64,000 bases of DNA from an uncultured Candidatus Rokubacteria bacterium (GTDB lineage: Bacteria; Methylomirabilota; Methylomirabilia; Rokubacteriales; DASRDR01), in assembly GCA_963708025.1 (NCBI GenBank), contig CAVPSB010000015.1, positions 256,001-320,000 on the forward strand, in the 5' to 3' direction. This document shows positions 61,284 through 64,000 of the stretch, piece after piece. The position numbers were made by a program, and so were the translations under genes. Each line of letters opens with the position of its first letter. Position 1 is the first letter of the stretch. A model generated the notes under the pieces. It searched no databases. It worked only from the letters and a program-made list of their open reading frames with translations, and had not been told where the DNA came from.

Positions 61284-62477
61284 ATGGCCGAAGGGTTGGT
61301 CTTCCGGCTGGAGGAAGAGGACGAGCAGCTCGCGGCCAAGATCAAGGTCATCGGCCTCGGGGGCGGCGGTTCGAACGCGGTGAACCGGATGATCAGCTCC
61401 CGGTTCACGGGCGTCACCTTCGCCGTCGCGAACACCGACGCCCAGGCGCTCCGCACCTCCCCCGCCCCGATCAAGATTCAGCTCGGGGCGAAGGTGACCG
61501 GCGGACTCGGCGCCGGCTCGGATCCCGAGGTCGGACGCCGGGCGGCGACCGAGGACCGCGAGATCCTGCAGCGCACGCTCTCCGGCGCCGACATGGTCTT
61601 CATCACCGCCGGCATGGGCGGCGGCACCGGCACCGGCTCGGCGCCGGTGGTTGCGGCCCTCGCCAAGGAGCTGGGGGCGCTGACCGTTGCCGTCGTCACC
61701 AAGCCCTTCGCCTTCGAGGGGGGCCGCCGGACCCGGCAGGCGGAGGTCGGGATCCATGAGCTACGCGGGATCGTGGACACCCTGATCCAGATCCCCAACC
61801 AGCGCCTCCTCGCCGTGGTGGAGAAGGGGACCTCGCTCCAGGAGGCGTTCCGGGTCGCCGACTCGGTTCTCCAGCAGGCGGTGCAGGGCATCTCCGACCT
61901 CATCCTGGTCCCCGGTCTCATCAATCTGGACTTTGCCGACGTGCGCACGATCATGTCGGGGATGGGGCTGGCCCTCATGGGTGTGGGCGTCGGCCGCGGG
62001 GAGCACCGGGCGATCGACGCCGCCCAGAAGGCGATCGCCAGCCCGCTGCTGGAGGAGACGTCGATCGAGGGCGCCCGTGGGCTTCTGATCAACATCACCG
62101 GCGGCGGGGACCTCACCCTCCACGAGGTGAACGAGGCCGCCAGCACCGTGGCCGAGGCCGCCCACGAGGAGGCGAACATCATCGTGGGGGCGGTGGTCGA
62201 CGACACACTGGCCGAGGAGATCCGGGTGACGGTCATCGCGACCGGCTTCGAGGATCGGCGGGTGGGCCTGGCGGCGGCGCCGGCGACCGCCGCCGCGAGT
62301 GTCGCCACCGGTGCCGCGGCGGGGGGCGGACGGACGGTGGATCTCAAGGCCTTCCGGGGCGGCGAGCGGTCGGCTCCCTGGCGGCGGCCCCGGGTGGAGG
62401 GCGTGCGCGCGGACGGCGCGGACGGCTTCGCCGACGACCTCGACATCCCAGCCTTTCTCCGTCGCCAGGCCGACTGA
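61284..62477 (+). CDS. ftsZ: Cell division protein FtsZ
   Basis: [35 protein letters not shown]. Confidence 0.98.
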   Translation: MAEGLVFRLEEEDEQLAAKIKVIGLGGGGSNAVNRMISSRFTGVTFAVANTDAQALRTSPAPIKIQLGAKVTGGLGAGSDPEVGRRAATEDREILQRTLSGADMVFITAGMGGGTGTGSAPVVAALAKELGALTVAVVTKPFAFEGGRRTRQAEVGIHELRGIVDTLIQIPNQRLLAVVEKGTSLQEAFRVADSVLQQAVQGISDLILVPGLINLDFADVRTIMSGMGLALMGVGVGRGEHRAIDAAQKAIASPLLEETSIEGARGLLINITGGGDLTLHEVNEAASTVAEAAHEEANIIVGAVVDDTLAEEIRVTVIATGFEDRRVGLAAAPATAAASVATGAAAGGGRTVDLKAFRGGERSAPWRRPRVEGVRADGADGFADDLDIPAFLRRQAD

Positions 62478-62622
62478 GAGGTTGAAAGATTCGGGTCCTC
62501 CGGCCCCCCCCTCCCCCCGGTGGCCGCCGGAAGGACGGGACGTCGTGAGGGCCGCAGGCCCGAGCCGTCCCGGCGATCCGGTTAAGTGGGAGGGGGGCTG
62601 GGGGGTGGGCGGGAGGTCCCGA

Positions 62623-63375
62623 ATGGTGGTGACCTTCCACGGCGATCCGGCGACCCACCTCACCCTCGAGCCGCTCGAGGCGGCGGGCATCCGGCACGCC
62701 TTCACGACGCGCCACCACGGCAACTTCGCCGCGGCGCCGGCCGGTCGCCCCTTCGCCGAGCCGGGCCCGGCGCTGCGGTCACTCCAGATCGAGGGGAGCG
62801 CCGTCCGCTACGCCCGCCAGGTCCATGGCACCGAGTGCCTGCCGACCGACGGCCGGCCGCCGGGTCTCGTGGGTGAGGGCGACGCCATCGTCACCGGCAC
62901 GCCCCGGACCCCGCTGGCGATCTTCACCGCGGATTGCCTGGCGGTCGTGCTGGCGGATCCGGCACGGCGCGCTCTCGGCGTGGCCCACGCGGGGTGGCGC
63001 GGCACGGTCGGCGGGCTGCTCGGCCGGCTCGTGGAGGCACTGGTCGAGCGCCTCGGCGCCCGGCCGAGCGACCTGGTGGCCGCCATCGGGCCGTCCATCG
63101 GCCCGTGCTGCTACGAGGTGGACGAGCCGGTCGTCGGGCCCTTGAGGGCGGCCTTTGCCGACGACTGGGAGCGCTGGGCCCGGCCCCGCGGGCCGGGTAA
63201 GTGGTCGCTCGACCTCTGGCAGGCGAACGCGGACCAGCTCGTTTCGGCCGGCGTGCCCCGCGCGGCGATCGCCAATCCCCGGCTGTGCACCGCCTGCCGG
63301 CTGGATCTCTTCTTCTCATACCGCAAGGAGGGTCGTGGGCGGAGCCTGGTGACCCTCGCCCTCCTTGCCGGATGA
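62623..63375 (+). CDS. pgeF: Peptidoglycan editing factor PgeF/YfiH
   Basis: RQVHG, TADC, HAGWRG, IGPCCYEV, FFSYR. Confidence 0.93.
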   Translation: MVVTFHGDPATHLTLEPLEAAGIRHAFTTRHHGNFAAAPAGRPFAEPGPALRSLQIEGSAVRYARQVHGTECLPTDGRPPGLVGEGDAIVTGTPRTPLAIFTADCLAVVLADPARRALGVAHAGWRGTVGGLLGRLVEALVERLGARPSDLVAAIGPSIGPCCYEVDEPVVGPLRAAFADDWERWARPRGPGKWSLDLWQANADQLVSAGVPRAAIANPRLCTACRLDLFFSYRKEGRGRSLVTLALLAG

Positions 63376-63438
63376 CCCACCGCCGGCCGGAATCCCTTGG
63401 CGCGTCTCCGAGTGAACGGCTACAATACACCGGTATCG

Positions 63439-64000
63439 ATGAGTGATGGGGGTCGGGACGAGGTCGGCGCCAACCTGGCGCGGGTCAGGGATCGCATCAC
63501 GCGGGCGACCGAGCGCGCCGGCCGGTCCGGGACCGGAGTCCTCCTCGTCGCCGTGTCCAAGACGGTGACCGTCGAGCGGATCCGGGCGGCCATCGCGGCC
63601 GGGGTCCCCGCGCTCGGCGAGAACCGCGTGCAGGAGGCCAGGGAAAAGGTCGCGGCGATCGGGCGCCCGGTCCCCTGGCACCTCATCGGCTCGCTCCAGA
63701 CGAACAAGGTCAAGGACGCCCTCCTCTGCTTCGACCTGATCCAGTCCATCGACCGGCTGCCGCTGGCCGAGGCCCTCTCGGCCCGCGCGACGCGAGAGGG
63801 GCGCCAGGTCGAAGGCCTGGTCCAGGTCAACGTCGCGGAGGAGCCCCAGAAGGGTGGCCTGTCACCCGCCGACCTCCGTCCGGCGCTCGAGGCGATGGCG
63901 GCCCTGCCCGGCCTCGTGCTGCGCGGGCTGATGACGATCCCGCCCCTCCCGCGTGACCCCGAGGAGTCGCGGCCGCACTACCGTGCGATGCGGAAGCTCC
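63439..64000 (+). CDS. yggS: YggS family PLP-binding protein (runs off the right edge)
   Basis: LVAVSKT, GENRVQE, WHLIGSLQTNK, GLMTIP. Confidence 0.93.
   Translation, partial: MSDGGRDEVGANLARVRDRITRATERAGRSGTGVLLVAVSKTVTVERIRAAIAAGVPALGENRVQEAREKVAAIGRPVPWHLIGSLQTNKVKDALLCFDLIQSIDRLPLAEALSARATREGRQVEGLVQVNVAEEPQKGGLSPADLRPALEAMAALPGLVLRGLMTIPPLPRDPEESRPHYRAMRKL

Noticed and set aside
1-64000. tRNA, rRNA or riboswitch genes; prophage
   Set aside because: None recognised by eye, and no phage genes. An Rfam/tRNAscan run would be needed to exclude small RNAs.

Overview
Very GC-rich chromosomal window from a diderm bacterium. Gene content and repeat style suggest Candidatus Rokubacteria/Methylomirabilota, but this is inference only. 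Many genes carry single-base frameshifts, probably sequencing or assembly errors. From left to right: (1) 0.5-9.7 kb, an envelope-signalling operon with two tandem ~2.43-kb lipoprotein/Ig-repeat/caspase genes, a CHASE2 class III nucleotide cyclase with guanylyl-cyclase-like specificity residues, a secreted TPR-ended protein and an outer-membrane beta-barrel. This is the best candidate for an undescribed system. (2) Two toxin-antitoxin (TA) modules, each sandwiched between direct duplications of the neighbouring gene end; one has an integron attC-like site. (3) A CocE/NonD hydrolase, five tandem paralogous family-5 solute-binding proteins, two permeases and an SDR. (4) A solo CoxL-like molybdoenzyme, a Rieske dioxygenase pair, two more TA modules, an IS remnant, an NMT1/SsuA-type ABC system, IlvD-like and AceE-like enzymes, bactofilin and another peptide ABC set. 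(5) The dcw cluster from mraZ to ftsZ, followed by pgeF and yggS. It lacks murG and ddl, has two 74-bp-period junction duplications that create mini-ORFs, and has a 21-bp x16 tandem array where ddl often sits. No rRNA, tRNA or CRISPR array was seen.
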